In this document: in pieces, positions 41,610-55,410 of the stretch
How positions within the stretch are numbered: position 1 is the first letter of the stretch
Layout: each line of letters starts with the position of its first letter
From: Octopus sinensis
Taxonomy: Eukaryota
Length of the DNA stretch: 64,000 nucleotides
Direction: 5' to 3'
NCBI RefSeq assembly: GCF_006345805.1
Contig: NC_043024.1
Location: 12,648,001 to 12,712,000, forward strand
Notes under the pieces: model-generated
Databases searched by the model: none
Seen by the model: only the letters and a program-made list of their open reading frames with translations
Told to the model about the DNA's origin: nothing
Translations under genes and position numbers: made by a program

Positions 41610-41680
41610 TAAGTACCAGAGGCGGTGCTCCAGCATGGCCGCAGTCTAATGACGGAAACAAGCAAAAAACAGCTAAAAAA
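41610..41680 (+). mobile_element. SINE family A 3' tail
   Basis: gaggcggtgctccagcatggccgcagtctaatgacggaaacaag. Confidence 0.75.
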
Positions 41681-41730
41681 GATATACATATACAAATATG
41701 AACTCATTTGACGATCCAATACACATATGT

Positions 41731-41772
<42 letters not shown>

Positions 41773-42923
41773 GCATTGCAGCCAAGAAACTAAATTTGGA
41801 ACGCAGCAAAGCTGTATGAACAGCAGATGATTGTTTCTCTTTACACTTATAAGACGGAAACAAGCGGCCATCTTAAACTTTCTCTGCTTTTTTACAGAGT
41901 CTTGCGTTCGAAATTTACTTTCTTGCGCGTAAAATACCAAACACATTCGATGCTTCCAAAGTTTCTTTCTTTCTTTATATATATGTATTGAAGAGGTCTT
42001 ATGCCGACAAATTTTGGGGTCTGACGATGCACCATAAAGCTAAACCTTTTATGGACGGAAGCAGAGGGTAATCCCATAAACCGGCCCTCCCCGTTTTTAA
42101 TATATCTCTCTATATATATATGTGCGTGTGTATGTGTGTGTGCAAGTCTGTGTGCATGCGTGTGTGTATACATATGTATATAGATTTGTATATATGTTTA
42201 ATATCCGCCCTGTGTACGTTTGTCTCTTCGCAAAGTTAGCTTTTGATCCCTCAAATATAATCGCTTGTCTACAATACATACTTTAATAAGACCAACCGAT
42301 GAAAATGGCCGAACACGTCAAGTGGACCAAAACTTCTGTATACACAAATAATTCGATGTACCTTTGCAAAATCATAACAGACTCTACACACATCTGACAA
42401 GGCTGTGTACCGAACAATACGTTTTGGCAAGAAAACAATAAAAACAAACCATGATTGTATATATATTCATACATATATACACTCACCTGCTCACTCACAC
42501 ATATACATACATATATAATATGCTATACTGCATATTTAAAAAAAAAATATGTATCTTAGGATTTATTTTTCTATGTACCGCTGCTTATATCGTACATGCA
42601 TATATACACATATCTATCTCAATACGTCTATCTATCTATATCTTTGAAATCCCCCACAGACACACACAAATACACCAAATAAGTAAATTCTGTGTCCCTT
42701 TGTGCTGGAGATTATTAAAAAAAAAATATCTCGACTGAATCACATATGTTATTGTTAATCCTTCGTTTTTCTAATCCGCTTTCACTGTTTACTCTAAGAC
42801 AACTGTCTGTTCTGTATTGGTGGACTTAGTACACAGACGTGTATTTACGTATTCTCTCTTGTCTTTTGTTTTCTTGTGTGTTTGTTTTTGTTGCTCGTTG
42901 TATTTCATTGTCTTTTTCTTATC

Positions 42924-42957
<34 letters not shown>

Positions 42958-43868
42958 GTTTGTTGTTGTTGTCACTGTTGCTGCTTTTATTTTAGTAGTT
43001 TTTTTTGTTGTTTTGGTATTTTGTAAGATTTTATCCTCGCCTACGAAACTAAAATAAATATTCGTATTTATTTCTTTTTCTGAACTAAATATTGACGTGT
43101 TGTTGTTGTTGCTATCTTGGTTGTAAGGTGAAAGGTGTTCCGCATATTTTCAATCCATCTAGTTGCCAATAGGTACCACGCTGGGGGTACTGTTTACTTC
43201 AAGCTAACCGTACCTTTCTCTTTCTCTCTCTCTCTCCCCTCATCCAGTCTGTGTGTTTGTTTGTGTGTTTGTCAGTCAGTCCCTCTGTGTCTGTCTGTCT
43301 GCCTGCTTGTATTTCTCTGCTGATAAATATTTATGGAGACCTGTTCTGCGGTAAATAGCAGATGCGGAACGAGTCAAAAGTCAGTGAAGAAGGAGGAATG
43401 TTGCCCAAGGCAGGTTTTTCTTGGACTACGAACAGCACAGTTGGTGCCATTTGCAGTTGCTCGAACTGGTTTTGAGAGTAATTGTCGCTCTGATATAATT
43501 CCATAGAACCCAGATGTAAAATAATGAGAAAGGGGAGAAGAAGGGAGAGAGGTCTGAGGAGGGACAGAATACGAGGAAGAAGAAGACGAAAAAGAAGAGG
43601 AAGGAAGAAGAGACGGAGAGTAGTAGCAGGAGGGCTGCAAAGACTCAAAGAATGAGACGAAGAATTTGTGTTTGCCAATACTGTGTGGTTTGGTCCATTC
43701 CCAAAAGTTGCCTTTTATTGCAATCAGATAAAGACTTCAAAACAACAGAATTCTTAAGAATTAAAGAAAATGTGTGTGTATATGTATATTTGTGCGTGCG
43801 TGTGTGCGAGTGTGTGTGTGTTTACGTGTGTGTGTACATGTACGCATAAATATACAAACGTGAGCATA

Positions 43869-43901
<33 letters not shown>

Positions 43902-44577
43902 ACACACACATATATATATATATTTATACATATATTTATACATACGTATTCTTAGGCGCTCATATATACGCACGCGCGCACACAATTACACACACACACA
44001 CTATATATATATATGTATGTATGTATATATGTATGTGCATGTGTGTGTGAATGTGTGTGTGTGTATCTATTCTCTTCTTAATTATTTAAATTCTTCTTCT
44101 GAGGAAGTAGATGGTTTCTAACAAAGACACAAAGCTCCCTCGTTGGAATGTTGATAAAAACAAAGTCAACTGTAAGAAATGTCTTGCATACTTTTACTCT
44201 TCCACTTACAGATGGTACGGACTGACAAGCAGACAGACAGAAACACACACACACATGAATATATATATATAAATTTGGCTATATTTACAATACTTTTCAG
44301 GTTGAATATCTTCCTCTAACATGATTGTATGTATGTATAAATGTAGGTTTGTATGTATGTATGTATGTCTGTGTGCTTGTCCCAACACTTGATATTTGTT
44401 GTTGGCCTGTTTACGTCCCTGTAACTTAGCGGTTTTGCACTAGAGAATGACAGAATTAGGACCGGGGTCAGTTTGTTCGAATAAAACTGGTCAGAGCAGT
44501 GGCCATAGCATGAACCAAGAAAAGGATGAGAGAACATGTATGTATGTATGTATGTATGTGTGTGAGTGAGTGAGTGA

Positions 44578-44623
<46 letters not shown>

Positions 44624-44894
44624 TTTTATTTGTTTCAGCACCGACACACCACACACACCACACACACACATGTATGTATACAAGGGGTCCTGAAAAGAAT
44701 CACGAAGAGCATGGCTGGCAGCCCAACCTTCCGAGTTATTTTACAGGGCTTACAAAACCTGAAAGACAGCTGTAATAAGTGAGTGACTATGAGAGGGAAT
44801 TATGTCGAATGGAATCATAATTAACTGAACCAAGCATGTATGGCTGTTCACAGACCGAACGCTTCGCCGATGCTTATTTCAGTAATGGTTTTAA

Positions 44895-45029
44895 GGTGCA
44901 GGCGTGGTCGTGTGATAAGAAACTTGCTTCCCAACCACACGGTTCCGGGTTCAGTCCCACTACGTGGCACCTTGGGCAAGTGTCTTCTACTATAGCCTCG
45001 GGCCGACCAAAGTCTTGAGAAACCCACCA

Positions 45030-45060
<31 letters not shown>

Positions 45061-45288
45061 ATATAATATGTATGTGTGTGTGTGTGTGTATCTGTGTGTC
45101 TGTTTATCTCTCCCCCACCGTCGCTTGACAAACATGTTGGTGTGTTTATGCCCCCATAGCTTAGCGGTTCAGCAAAAGAGTCCGATAGACCAGGCTTACA
45201 AAGAATAAGTCGGTTTGTTCGACTAATAGGCGGTGCTACAGCATGGCCGCAGTCAAATGACTAAAACGAGTAAAAGAATAAAAGAATT
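44895..45288 (+). mobile_element. SINE family A, near full length, with internal (TG)n
   Basis: Head, gcaccttgggcaagtgtcttctactatagcc core and tail present. Confidence 0.9.
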
Positions 45289-45489
45289 AGTTTAGTGTGG
45301 AGGAGAGGAACATCAGTGGAGGAACCACGGAACGAGCAGAGGAATGGAGGCTGGAGGCGTCGGAGCAGGAGGGGTGGGAATAGATAGTGGAACAGCGGCT
45401 TTTGCTCTTACTTTACATGTCGAACCGAAACGAACGATGCTTTGCATTCTGTTCGACCACCGAACAGTTCCGAAAATCGAGCGCTAGAC

Positions 45490-46080
45490 ACACACACACA
45501 CACACACACACACATCCACACACAAACACAGACACACACACATTCACACACAAACACAGACACACACACATTCACACACAAACATAGACACACACACATT
45601 CACACACAAACACAGACACACACATTCACACACAAACACATACACACACATTCACACACACACACAAACACATACACACAAACACACACACACACAAACA
45701 CATACACACGCACACACATACACACACACAAACACATACACACAAACACACACACACACACAAACACACACACGCACACACACACAAACACACACACACA
45801 CACAAACACATACACACATACACACACACACACAAATATATATATGTATTCACACATACAAACATATGTATATACAGATATACACACACGCACATATACG
45901 TATATATACACATATATATATACATACATACATGCATGAGTGCATACATACATTTACACAAGCACACCTACTGATACACACACACACACACACCACACAC
46001 AGACACACACACACACATGTATACATTCACGAACATACTCATTCATATATACACCCACACTCATATACCCCACTCAGACA
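45490..46080. repeat. (CA)n-rich compound repeat
   Basis: Direct reading. Confidence 0.9.
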
Positions 46081-47370
46081 TAAACATATTGAAATGTACC
46101 CTGCTACCCGACCCACCCGCTTGCCTCCTGACCGAGCACCAGCACAGCCACCCGTCCAGCTACCGAACCAAAACTATTTATTGTTTCATCTGAGTCTTTT
46201 ATCTAATTCTTCCTCTGATCTTTGCAATGGCCATATTTGGTTCTTCTTTGTCTTCTGCCGATTCTCTCTCTCTCACCCCTCCCCCTCTCTCTCTCGCTCT
46301 TTTCTTCTCTCTCTCTCTCTCTCTCTCCTCACTTTTCTTCTCTCTCTTTATCATTTGCTGTCTTCTTCTCTTGCTCTCCTTCTCTTCCTTCTTTCCTTCA
46401 TTGAAGTCTGAAGCCGAAACTGGGTGGCGAGTTGCGGTTTGAATGGAAAAATTAATAAACAAAAACATTAAGAAAACACACATACACACACACAGCTATA
46501 ACTATAATAGCAACAAAATATACCTCCATATACACATGAATATATTCAGAGAAACAAAATACAACAAAAAGAAACATAACTAATGTAACACTCAGGGAAT
46601 AACCGTAAAAGAAAAGTCAATTATACAGCGTCTAGTATTCATACACACATAGATACGTACAAGCACACACAGACACCACACACACACACATATACAGACA
46701 CACATATGCATATATATTTTCACATAAATACACATACGTATATATATATGCATATATATATATATATATATAATATATATATATATATATGCATAAAACA
46801 CGTAGATACATGGACACTCGCACACAAATATATATATAAATTCAGCGAGATACATATACGTATATATTATACACACATACATACAAAGACACACACACAC
46901 ACAAGAAATGGCAAAACTGGGACACAATATATAATGTATTTATAGAGGAGAAATTAATTAAAATATAAACATATACACACACTCACACATACATATATGT
47001 ACATACGCAGAGAACAACAAAATCGCACCTGCTTATACACCACATATACACAGGGGCAGTCACTCACAAAATAATTGCTTTGTTATTAGCAGAGCCGTGA
47101 CATAAGTGACACGAAGACCTCGAGTTTTGCACCAAAGCACTTATGAAAACAGATATGGGCCCTTGTAAGGACCATGAAACCCCTTGGCTTCTAATTCAAT
47201 AATAAGTACGGATGTATTATATAGATTCATTATATTCTGTCATATTGTTCCAGTTGAAAGGCTGTGTACTAGCACATGCATACATACTTGCATATACACA
47301 CACGACATACATAGTGAATATATATATATGCATATATACATACGTATATGTACAGACTTTACATCTACGC

Positions 47371-47426
<56 letters not shown>

Positions 47427-48235
47427 ATGTGGGCACAGGACGACGTCATGAAACGTGTACAACAAAAGCTACGAAGTACGAATACATGGAACATGAATCA
47501 TTCGTTCGAACAACGAAAGACACAAATGGAAAACAAAACAAGCAACATAAAGAACGACCCTTCATCAGTCGTTGGCTGTTTTTCTAGTCTCGTATTTCGA
47601 GCATTTAACAACAATATACGCTTTCGATATAACAGTTGCTACCGCAAAGCAAATTATATATAATTTGGGATTTTGCGGAAAGCAAAAATAGTTAACAGAA
47701 AGAGGAGAGTGAAAAAAACACAGGTAGGGCTGCTAAGCCTAAACGTGGTTGTGGTGGCGAACGCGTAAATCAAGCTAGTACAGGAGACTAAAAAGCACAC
47801 GTCTTCCTTGTTCCAGCTACAACGAAGAGAAAGAAAGATGGCCGATGGTCACGTGGGAGCCACGTGAGTAAAGGAGGAGAAGTGAGGGAGAGAGGGTGAC
47901 AGAGTAATGGGATAGAATAGTGGGAGAAGAGTAGGTAAAAGAATAAAAGAGGAAAAAGGAAGAGTAAAAAGATCGTATAGAGGGCGCTTCAGAATGGCGG
48001 AGATAAAGCGTGGCTTTCAATCATAAAATAAATAATCGGATTATTACACCCACGAATAATGTTAACAAGTGGTTATTGTTATCAGAATTAGGTGAATCTA
48101 AACACAGTCAATCGATATTGTTATCTAAATCATTCTTTACTTGAAGTATCCACACACTAAGACCACCTCTGAATGTGCGAGGTATGTGGGTGTGTGAATG
48201 CATATATATATATACATATATATATTCTTTTAATC

Positions 48236-48610
48236 TTTCTTTTATTTGTTTCAGTCATTTGGCTGTGGTCATGCTGGAGCACCGCCTTTAGTCGAACAAA
48301 TCGACACCAGATTCTTTGTCAGCCTATTATTCTATCGGTATCTTTGCCGAACCGCTAAGTTACGGGGACGTCAACACACCAACATCGGTTGTCAAGGGAT
48401 GGTTGGGGAAACAGAGACACACAAATACACGCACACACACATACATATATATATATATACGATGGGTTTCTTTCAGTTTGCGTCTACCAAATCCACTCAC
48501 AAGGCTTTGGTCGACCTGGGGCTATAGTAGAAGACACTTGCCCAAGGTGCCACGCAGTGGGACTTCACCCGGAACCATGTGGTTGGTAAGCAAGCTACTT
48601 ACCACACACA
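48236..48610 (-). mobile_element. SINE family A, near full length
   Basis: Tail-to-head homology with the other family A copies. Confidence 0.9.
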
Positions 48611-49149
48611 TATATATCTATAACGTAGAAAAATACAGTCATATCAAATATCATGCAACGCATATTCCTGGCTTGTGAAAATTGTCTGGAAATCTATGGA
48701 AAAACGTCATATTTAGCAAATGTCAATTCGGTTATTGTTATTTAGCAAGTGACAAAAGGATAGATTATATCAGGAGTCAAGAATTCTCCAATGCTGTCAT
48801 GTTATGAAGACAAAGGGACGGCTTTATTGACCAGAGATCAGAGAACATTGGTGGAGATGTGCTTTTGGATAAACAGACGTCATCAGGGTGACAGTTGTCC
48901 AGTCTTAACTGTTAGGATGTATAGGTTCACTGATTTGGTGCTTTCGGGGTTTTCGCCCGGGTGAGATATTCTTACTCAGTTCAGTTGACTTAAACGCGAT
49001 GTAGCACCTTTCCCAAAAATAACGCCCGCTCAGGGAATCTAACTCAAAATCTCGAGATTTTGTTCGCAACACACTAAGCACAAGGCCACGTACTTTCACA
49101 AATACCACACATTGGCAAATATGCTGGCCTAGCCAAAAAGCAGTAGATC

Positions 49150-49330
49150 ATTGGCAAAGACATAGTACCGCATTTGTTCCGGGTTTCTACGTTCTGATTT
49201 CAAATCCCATTGACAGTAACTTTGCTTTGCATCCCTCCAGGATGTGAGGTTAATGAAATAAAGTACCAGTCATTTATTGAGACTAATTTTAATCGACCAA
49301 CACCCATCCTGCAATCTCTGTCCTCGTGTC
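49150..49330 (+). mobile_element. Old SINE family B copy
   Basis: cgttctgatttcaaatccc...actttgctttgcatcc...aaataaagtaccagt. Confidence 0.55.
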
Positions 49331-49336
49331 AAAATT

Positions 49337-49370
<34 letters not shown>

Positions 49371-49409
49371 TATATAGAGAGAGCTGTGTGCAATGTGTTC
49401 AAAATCTGA

Positions 49410-49536
49410 CTAGGGTGTTATAAAACCTACATTGCTAAAGATAAGAACTAAAATGCTCGAATGCTGCGGTTAAAGCACATAATTGTATACATATATACTG
49501 ACAGGGGCTGTAATCGCCCGAATACAACGGTCGAGA

Positions 49537-49540
<4 letters not shown>
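49410..49540 (-). mobile_element. 3' part of the element family carrying the 8427-8476 HHR
   Basis: Reverse complement ttctcgaccgttgtattcgggcgattacagcccctgtcagtata...gtatacaat aligns with 8479-8535. Confidence 0.6.
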
Positions 49541-49577
<37 letters not shown>

Positions 49578-49582
49578 GTATA

Positions 49583-49690
49583 TAGTGAGAATTTACAAAA
49601 AACAAAAGACGAAGACGGGTGTGTAAACAGCAAACAGATGTGTTAGTTTAACGTTCGGGAAGTAAAAAAGTCTTTTACGTTTCGAGCCTA
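49583..49690 (-). mobile_element. Family G 3' fragment, truncated inside HHR stem II
   Basis: Minus strand taggctcgaaacgtaaaagact...gtaaattctcactata matches 412-522. Confidence 0.75.
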
Positions 49691-49691
49691 A

Positions 49692-50510
49692 TATCTTTGA
49701 TCTTTTACGGGTTTCAGCCAGAGGTTGAGGCCATGCTGGTGCACCACCTTTACTGCATTCGGGGATTTTTCCAGTATTCCTTCTGGTGAAGCAGAGTTGC
49801 TGCACATCTTTGTGCTTCCTGCGAGCGATGTATTGCAGATAAAAAAATGTCTAGAGGTTTTTTAAAGACTTCTATGTATACACCTGGCAGATCCCTGATG
49901 TTCTGTGGTAGGGTATTAAAAAGTTGTGGTCCCTTGAATCTTTATGTATATGCATGTATGTGTGCGTGTGTGAGTGCTCATGCACAGTTGAGCTGCTGTT
50001 TTAGTACCCAGTCAAAGTGCTGTGGCAGCTGTGCGAGGCAGTTCCTTCCAGGACGGAAGCCATGTTGCGTGACCGGAAACATGTTATTTTCTTCTTGCAA
50101 AGTGCTCAGTCTTTTTCTGACAATGCGTCACATGATCTTGCTGACATATGAGGTCAGAGAGATAGGCCTGTAGTTTTTAGCCACAGCTCTGCTTTCTCCT
50201 TTGTGGACAGGGCAAATTATTCCTTCTTTTAAATTTGAGGAAATGTACCGCATTCAATGGAACTCTGGAAAAGTCCATCGAGGCATGTTGCAGAGTTTGG
50301 GTTTATCTCATCAATGGCCGACAACGCATCCCCTTCTATAATGTCAATGTAATTGATGGTCAACCTCATGATGATGCGTATTTTCACGTTTTCTAGTGGG
50401 GACGTGAAACACTTTGGAATCGTTTATTGAGTGCTTCACTTATGCTCTTGGGGTCTGCAGTCAGTGAGCCCTTTGCATCAAACAACGGCCCTATACTGTC
50501 TCGCACTGAC
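49692..50510 (-). mobile_element. CR1/L2-group LINE fragments: RT N-terminal part (49980-50510), ORF2 end and 3' tail (49692-49935)
   Basis: Minus strand: [54 protein letters not shown]; then FKGPQLFNTLPQNIRDL..FKKPLDIFL...MQ* followed by the tail. Confidence 0.85.
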
Positions 50511-50541
50511 ATATATATATATATATACACACACACATGCG

Positions 50542-50574
<33 letters not shown>

Positions 50575-50610
50575 CACACACACGCGATATATATATATAT
50601 ATATATACGG

Positions 50611-50647
<37 letters not shown>

Positions 50648-50810
50648 CACATATACATGCGATATATACATATATATACATATATATACATGCGATATAT
50701 ATATATATATATACATACATATACATGCGATATATATATATATATACATACATTACATGCGATATATATATATACATACATATACAGATATATATATATA
50801 CATAACATGC

Positions 50811-50865
<55 letters not shown>

Positions 50866-50895
50866 CATGCGATATATATATATAGATATATATAT

Positions 50896-50926
<31 letters not shown>

Positions 50927-50988
50927 CATGCGATACGTATATATGTATACATATATACACACACACACGATATATGTATATATATGTA

Positions 50989-51030
<42 letters not shown>

Positions 51031-51045
51031 TATATGTATGAAGAG
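50510..51045. repeat. (TA)n block with repeated catgcga spacers
   Basis: Direct reading. Confidence 0.9.
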
Positions 51046-51528
51046 ATAAATGATGTCTACACCACACGCATACTGCCGCCCACTCACACGCCTGCGCCCA
51101 CACACGCGAGTTGTCGACCAAAAAAGGCTGCTGATTAATATAACAAAAAGGTCAAGAAATGGCGGAATATCGGAATGTTAGAAATCAATAGCTTAGAGAG
51201 AGAGAGAGAGAGGGAGGGGGAGGCGAGGGTGTACATAGGGGGCGAGGGTAGAGGGAATGGGGACGAGGGGTGGGGGTGGGGGTCATGATGTTAACGTTTG
51301 TTTGCTCGCTAGCTTGGTTGCTTGGTTATCTGTGTGTGTATGTGTGTGTCTGTGTGTCGCCGCGAGTGGCTGTAGGCTTTTGTCCCTATGTATGCCTGTG
51401 ACCGTGTGCGCGTCTCCGTAAATACATACCTACACACACACACCATATATATATATATATATTATATATATATATATATATAGGTACGTACATATATGTT
51501 TATATATATGCATATGTTCTATTTTATT

Positions 51529-51570
<42 letters not shown>

Positions 51571-52062
51571 TATATATATATATCGATAGATAATATACAA
51601 TTCTATATGTAAGAATATGATGTATATATATATATATATTTATAGATTTATATATGGAAGTTTATGTATATATATGTGAGTGTATATATACATACATGTA
51701 TATATGTGTGTGTGTGTGTGAGTACTTGAATGTGTGTGCCTCCATGTTCAAAGTGTGTGTGTGTGTAATTAGAGTGGCAGAATGGTGGTGGAGGTATAGG
51801 GTGGGTGGTAAAAGCAACAGAACTGGAATAGACGCAAGAGAGAGGGAGAGAAAGAGAGAGAGGGAGAGAGAGAAAGCGAAAGGCCACATCGATAGAGCAA
51901 CAACAACAAAACCAACAGCAACAACAACAACAACAACAAAATCGAGGAATTTGAAAAGTCTGACCAAAAGAATGGTATTGCGTTTGGACTATTGTGATAT
52001 GCTGTTTGTTCTGATTCCAGCTTAATTGTTATCTTTGCCGTTGTTCTTGCTATTGGCATCGC

Positions 52063-52102
<40 letters not shown>

Positions 52103-52473
52103 TTATTATTGTTATTGTTATTGTTGTTGTTGTTATCATTATTGTTCTTCTTATTACAACTCTGCTGCGTTCCGTTATTATTAATATTATTAACTATTTC
52201 ATTCCGTTTGCTCAAGCTAATGGCTGGTCTGTAATTACAGCATCACAACTATTGGTGCTTATAGCTGCATGAATGAATGGGCAGTAGCGGCGATGGTGGC
52301 GATGGTGGCATTGTTGTTGTTGGTGGTGGTTTTGAACAGAAAGGCGAGGAGTGTAGAGTGAGAGAGAAAGAGAGAGAGTGTGTATGAGGGGAGAGAGAAA
52401 GAGAAATGAATTGAGATATATCTTACAGAGAGAGGAAGCGGTTCATGAATAAGTGGAGTGAAATGATTTGATA

Positions 52474-52521
<48 letters not shown>

Positions 52522-52833
52522 GTATAAATGCATATATACACACACATATATATACATATGTATATACATACATATAAATATTATATATATATATACTTAT
52601 ACACACATATATATATATATATCCTTATACACACACATATATATATATCCTTATATATATATACATACGTATGCTTATATAAATATATATACACATATAC
52701 TCATATACAGATATATATGAATACATACTCACATGCATGCACACATACATATATGTGCACGAAGAAAGTGAAAGAGAGAGAGTATGAAGAAATAGAAAAT
52801 ATAGGCTGGTTTAGGAAGTGATAATTAAAGAGG

Positions 52834-52907
<74 letters not shown>

Positions 52908-53459
52908 GCTCACACACGCGCGCGCGCGTTCCCGCAAATACACACATAAAACTTGTGCAGTGATGCAATGAAGTGAAAGCGTAAATGAAAGACTGATAAC
53001 TGAATGAATTACCGAACGAACCAATGGAGAAGCGAATGGAATAAACGAATGATGGAATAAACGAATGATGGAATAAACGACTAACTAAATCCATAAATAA
53101 ATAAATAAATAAATAAAAAAGAGTTCAAAGTTTACACTGGTGATCTCTGGTTAAATTATGAGACAATGGAATGCAGTGGCTTGCATCGGCAGATCGGAGC
53201 AGCGGCTGGAAAGTGAATTTGCTATATCAATAACTGGTCCATAGATACTTCATCTTATTGTGAAAAATTAGGCAGAAGTTTGATGGAGAAGGTTGCAGGA
53301 ACGGGCAAGATGGACGACCTGAGAAGGGGCAGCTATGGAACGCCGTTGCTCTACACGTTGTAAGCATGTGGTTTGGGTCTGTTAAGTCTGCAGGACAGCA
53401 TTGCTACGGAGAAGGCATTCGCAAGAACAATACAAGAATACAAGCAATGCTTAAATAGA

Positions 53460-53900
53460 CAAATCTCGCTCTCTCTTTCGCTCTCTTTCTCGCTTTCTCC
53501 CCCTCTCTCTGTCTCTCTACATCGCTCTCTCACTGTCTGTGATACAATCTCTCTTTCTCTTACTCTCTCTTTTCTTTTACTACTTCCCCCTTTCTCTCTC
53601 TTTCTTCTCTCTCATTGTTAATCGCTTTCTCTATCACTCTCTCAAAACCGTCTCTCTCATTCTTTGTTTCTCTTTCTACCTTTCTCTTTCTCTTTTTCTT
53701 TATCTTTCCTTCGTTCTTTCTTTCTTCCCTTCTCTTTATCTCTCCCTCCCCCTTTCTTTTTCTTCTCCTCCTTTCCTCTCTCTCTCCATTCTCCCTCTCT
53801 CTTCCCACTCTTCCTCTCTCTTCTCACTTCCCCTCTCTCCTCACTCTCCTTCTCTCTCTGATGTCTCTTTCCCTCTTTCTCTTTCTCTATATCCAATCAT
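53460..53900. repeat. CT-rich low-complexity tract
   Basis: Direct reading. Confidence 0.85.
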
Positions 53901-54291
53901 TCAAAATAATCAACATCTAATTTTCAGAAAAAAAAGAAGAAAAAATCTCCCCCCAAAACCTCCTCCCCCCCTCCACAACATATGCACATTAATTTTACAA
54001 ATAAACTAATCAGAAATTCATAAAAATACCTAAAAAAAAGCCACCAAGCTGTAAACATTCTAAATCTGGAAAGGAAAATAGATTTTAATTAAACATGGCG
54101 CTGTTGTTGTTGTTGTTGTTGAACCGTGGGTCAGACTGAATCCAGAAGATTTAGTTTCAAGACGCTTCTCACTCGTGAGTGTCCCGTGTACTTTCAGGAG
54201 ATGAGTCCCTGTCTAAGATTACATAATTTTATGCGTCCTTATTGGAAGACAATAGGGTTTGATTTAAGGGAGATTTGGTTTCTACTTTTAG

Positions 54292-54690
54292 CATGGTGTA
54301 AAGCGGTGAGCTGGTAGAATCGGTAGCATGTCGGACCAGATGTTTAGCGGCATTTCATCCGTCTTGTTATTCTGAGTTCAAATTCTTCAGTGTTCGACTT
54401 TGTTTTTCATCGGTGAAATAAACTATTAGTCCTGGGGTCGAAGTAATCCGGTTTGTCCCTCCCCGGGGTCCTTGGGTCGAAGTACTCCGGTTTGTCACTC
54501 CCCGGGGTCCTGGGGTCGAAGTACTCTGATTTGTCCCTCCTCGGGGTCCTGGGATCGAAGTACTCCGGTATTTCCCTCCCCGGGGTCCTGGGGTCGAAGT
54601 ACTCTGATTTGTCTCTCACCGGAGTCCTGCGGTCGAAGTGCTCCGGTTTGTCCCTCCCCTCTTGGACCAAAATTCTAAACCACTCTTAGC
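54292..54690 (+). mobile_element. SINE family B with internal minisatellite
   Basis: gcggtgagctggtagaatcggtagc head; ttctgagttcaaattc B-box; gttcgactttgtttttcatc core. Confidence 0.75.
54428..54660. repeat. 39-bp minisatellite, 6 copies
   Basis: Unit ggtcctggggtcgaagtactccggtttgtccctccccgg starting at 54428, 54467, 54506, 54545, 54584 and 54623. Confidence 0.95.
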
Positions 54691-55169
54691 CTCCTGAACG
54701 TGGAAGTGTTGTTCGTCCAGGAAGGACACAATGGACACTGTAGCCAGTAGCAAACAAGATAGACGGGATAGTCACGCCTAGAACGTCTTAGTTTGTCGAT
54801 GAATGTAGTTGACTTTTTAGATACTTAAGGAAGGGCTTTAATGATATTTAGAAATAGAAATTAATTAATATAGTGGAATGAAAAGGAAGAATAATGATTT
54901 GTGGTGGTGGCCGTGGTGGGGAACAAAGATTAACAACGTGAAACAAATGAATGGATCGATTATTCTCCTTGTTGTTCTGTTATTTGAACCTACCTGCTCA
55001 CTGTTTACGTCTTTCGCTCATTGATACGTCTCTTTGTAACCCGTAATTCTATCACCAGGTTTGATAAACACCCAAAATAAAAAAAAAAGAGAGAGAGAGA
55101 GAGAAAGAGACAGACAGACAGAGAGAGAGAAAGAGAGAATTCGAGAAGCAGGGTGTCGCGACTCGAGTA

Positions 55170-55410
55170 CATGTCATGTAACTAAAGCACCCTCGGCTCT
55201 TATAATGCTGTTGGTTACGCAGTTTTCATAGCGTATCAATGTCCGAGATCACAACATTCTCCTAAATGGGACACCAGCCCTCCGCAGCAGAGCCCCCTTT
55301 TTATAGACGAGTGAATTGGAGCAATGTCAAATGAAACGTACCCCGCGGCCCAAAAGTCGAATCCACTATTTTGCGATTGTGATTGCAACAGCCTTAACCC
55401 CCTGGGCCTT
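55170..55410 (-). mobile_element. Old tRNA-derived SINE
   Basis: Minus strand: ggcccagggggttaagg head, ggattcgac B-box remnant, ttgctccaattcactc...ggctggtgtcccat central block. Confidence 0.5.

Noticed and set aside
42290-42325. CCGAUGA...GAAC ACGUC motif
   Set aside because: No stem I or stem II pairing.
43331-43678. 115-aa minus-strand ORF
   Set aside because: The N-terminal half is a CT-rich low-complexity tract; the remainder matches nothing I recognise.
54428-54660. CRISPR-like array
   Set aside because: Units are directly tandem with no unique spacers, in eukaryotic DNA and inside a SINE.
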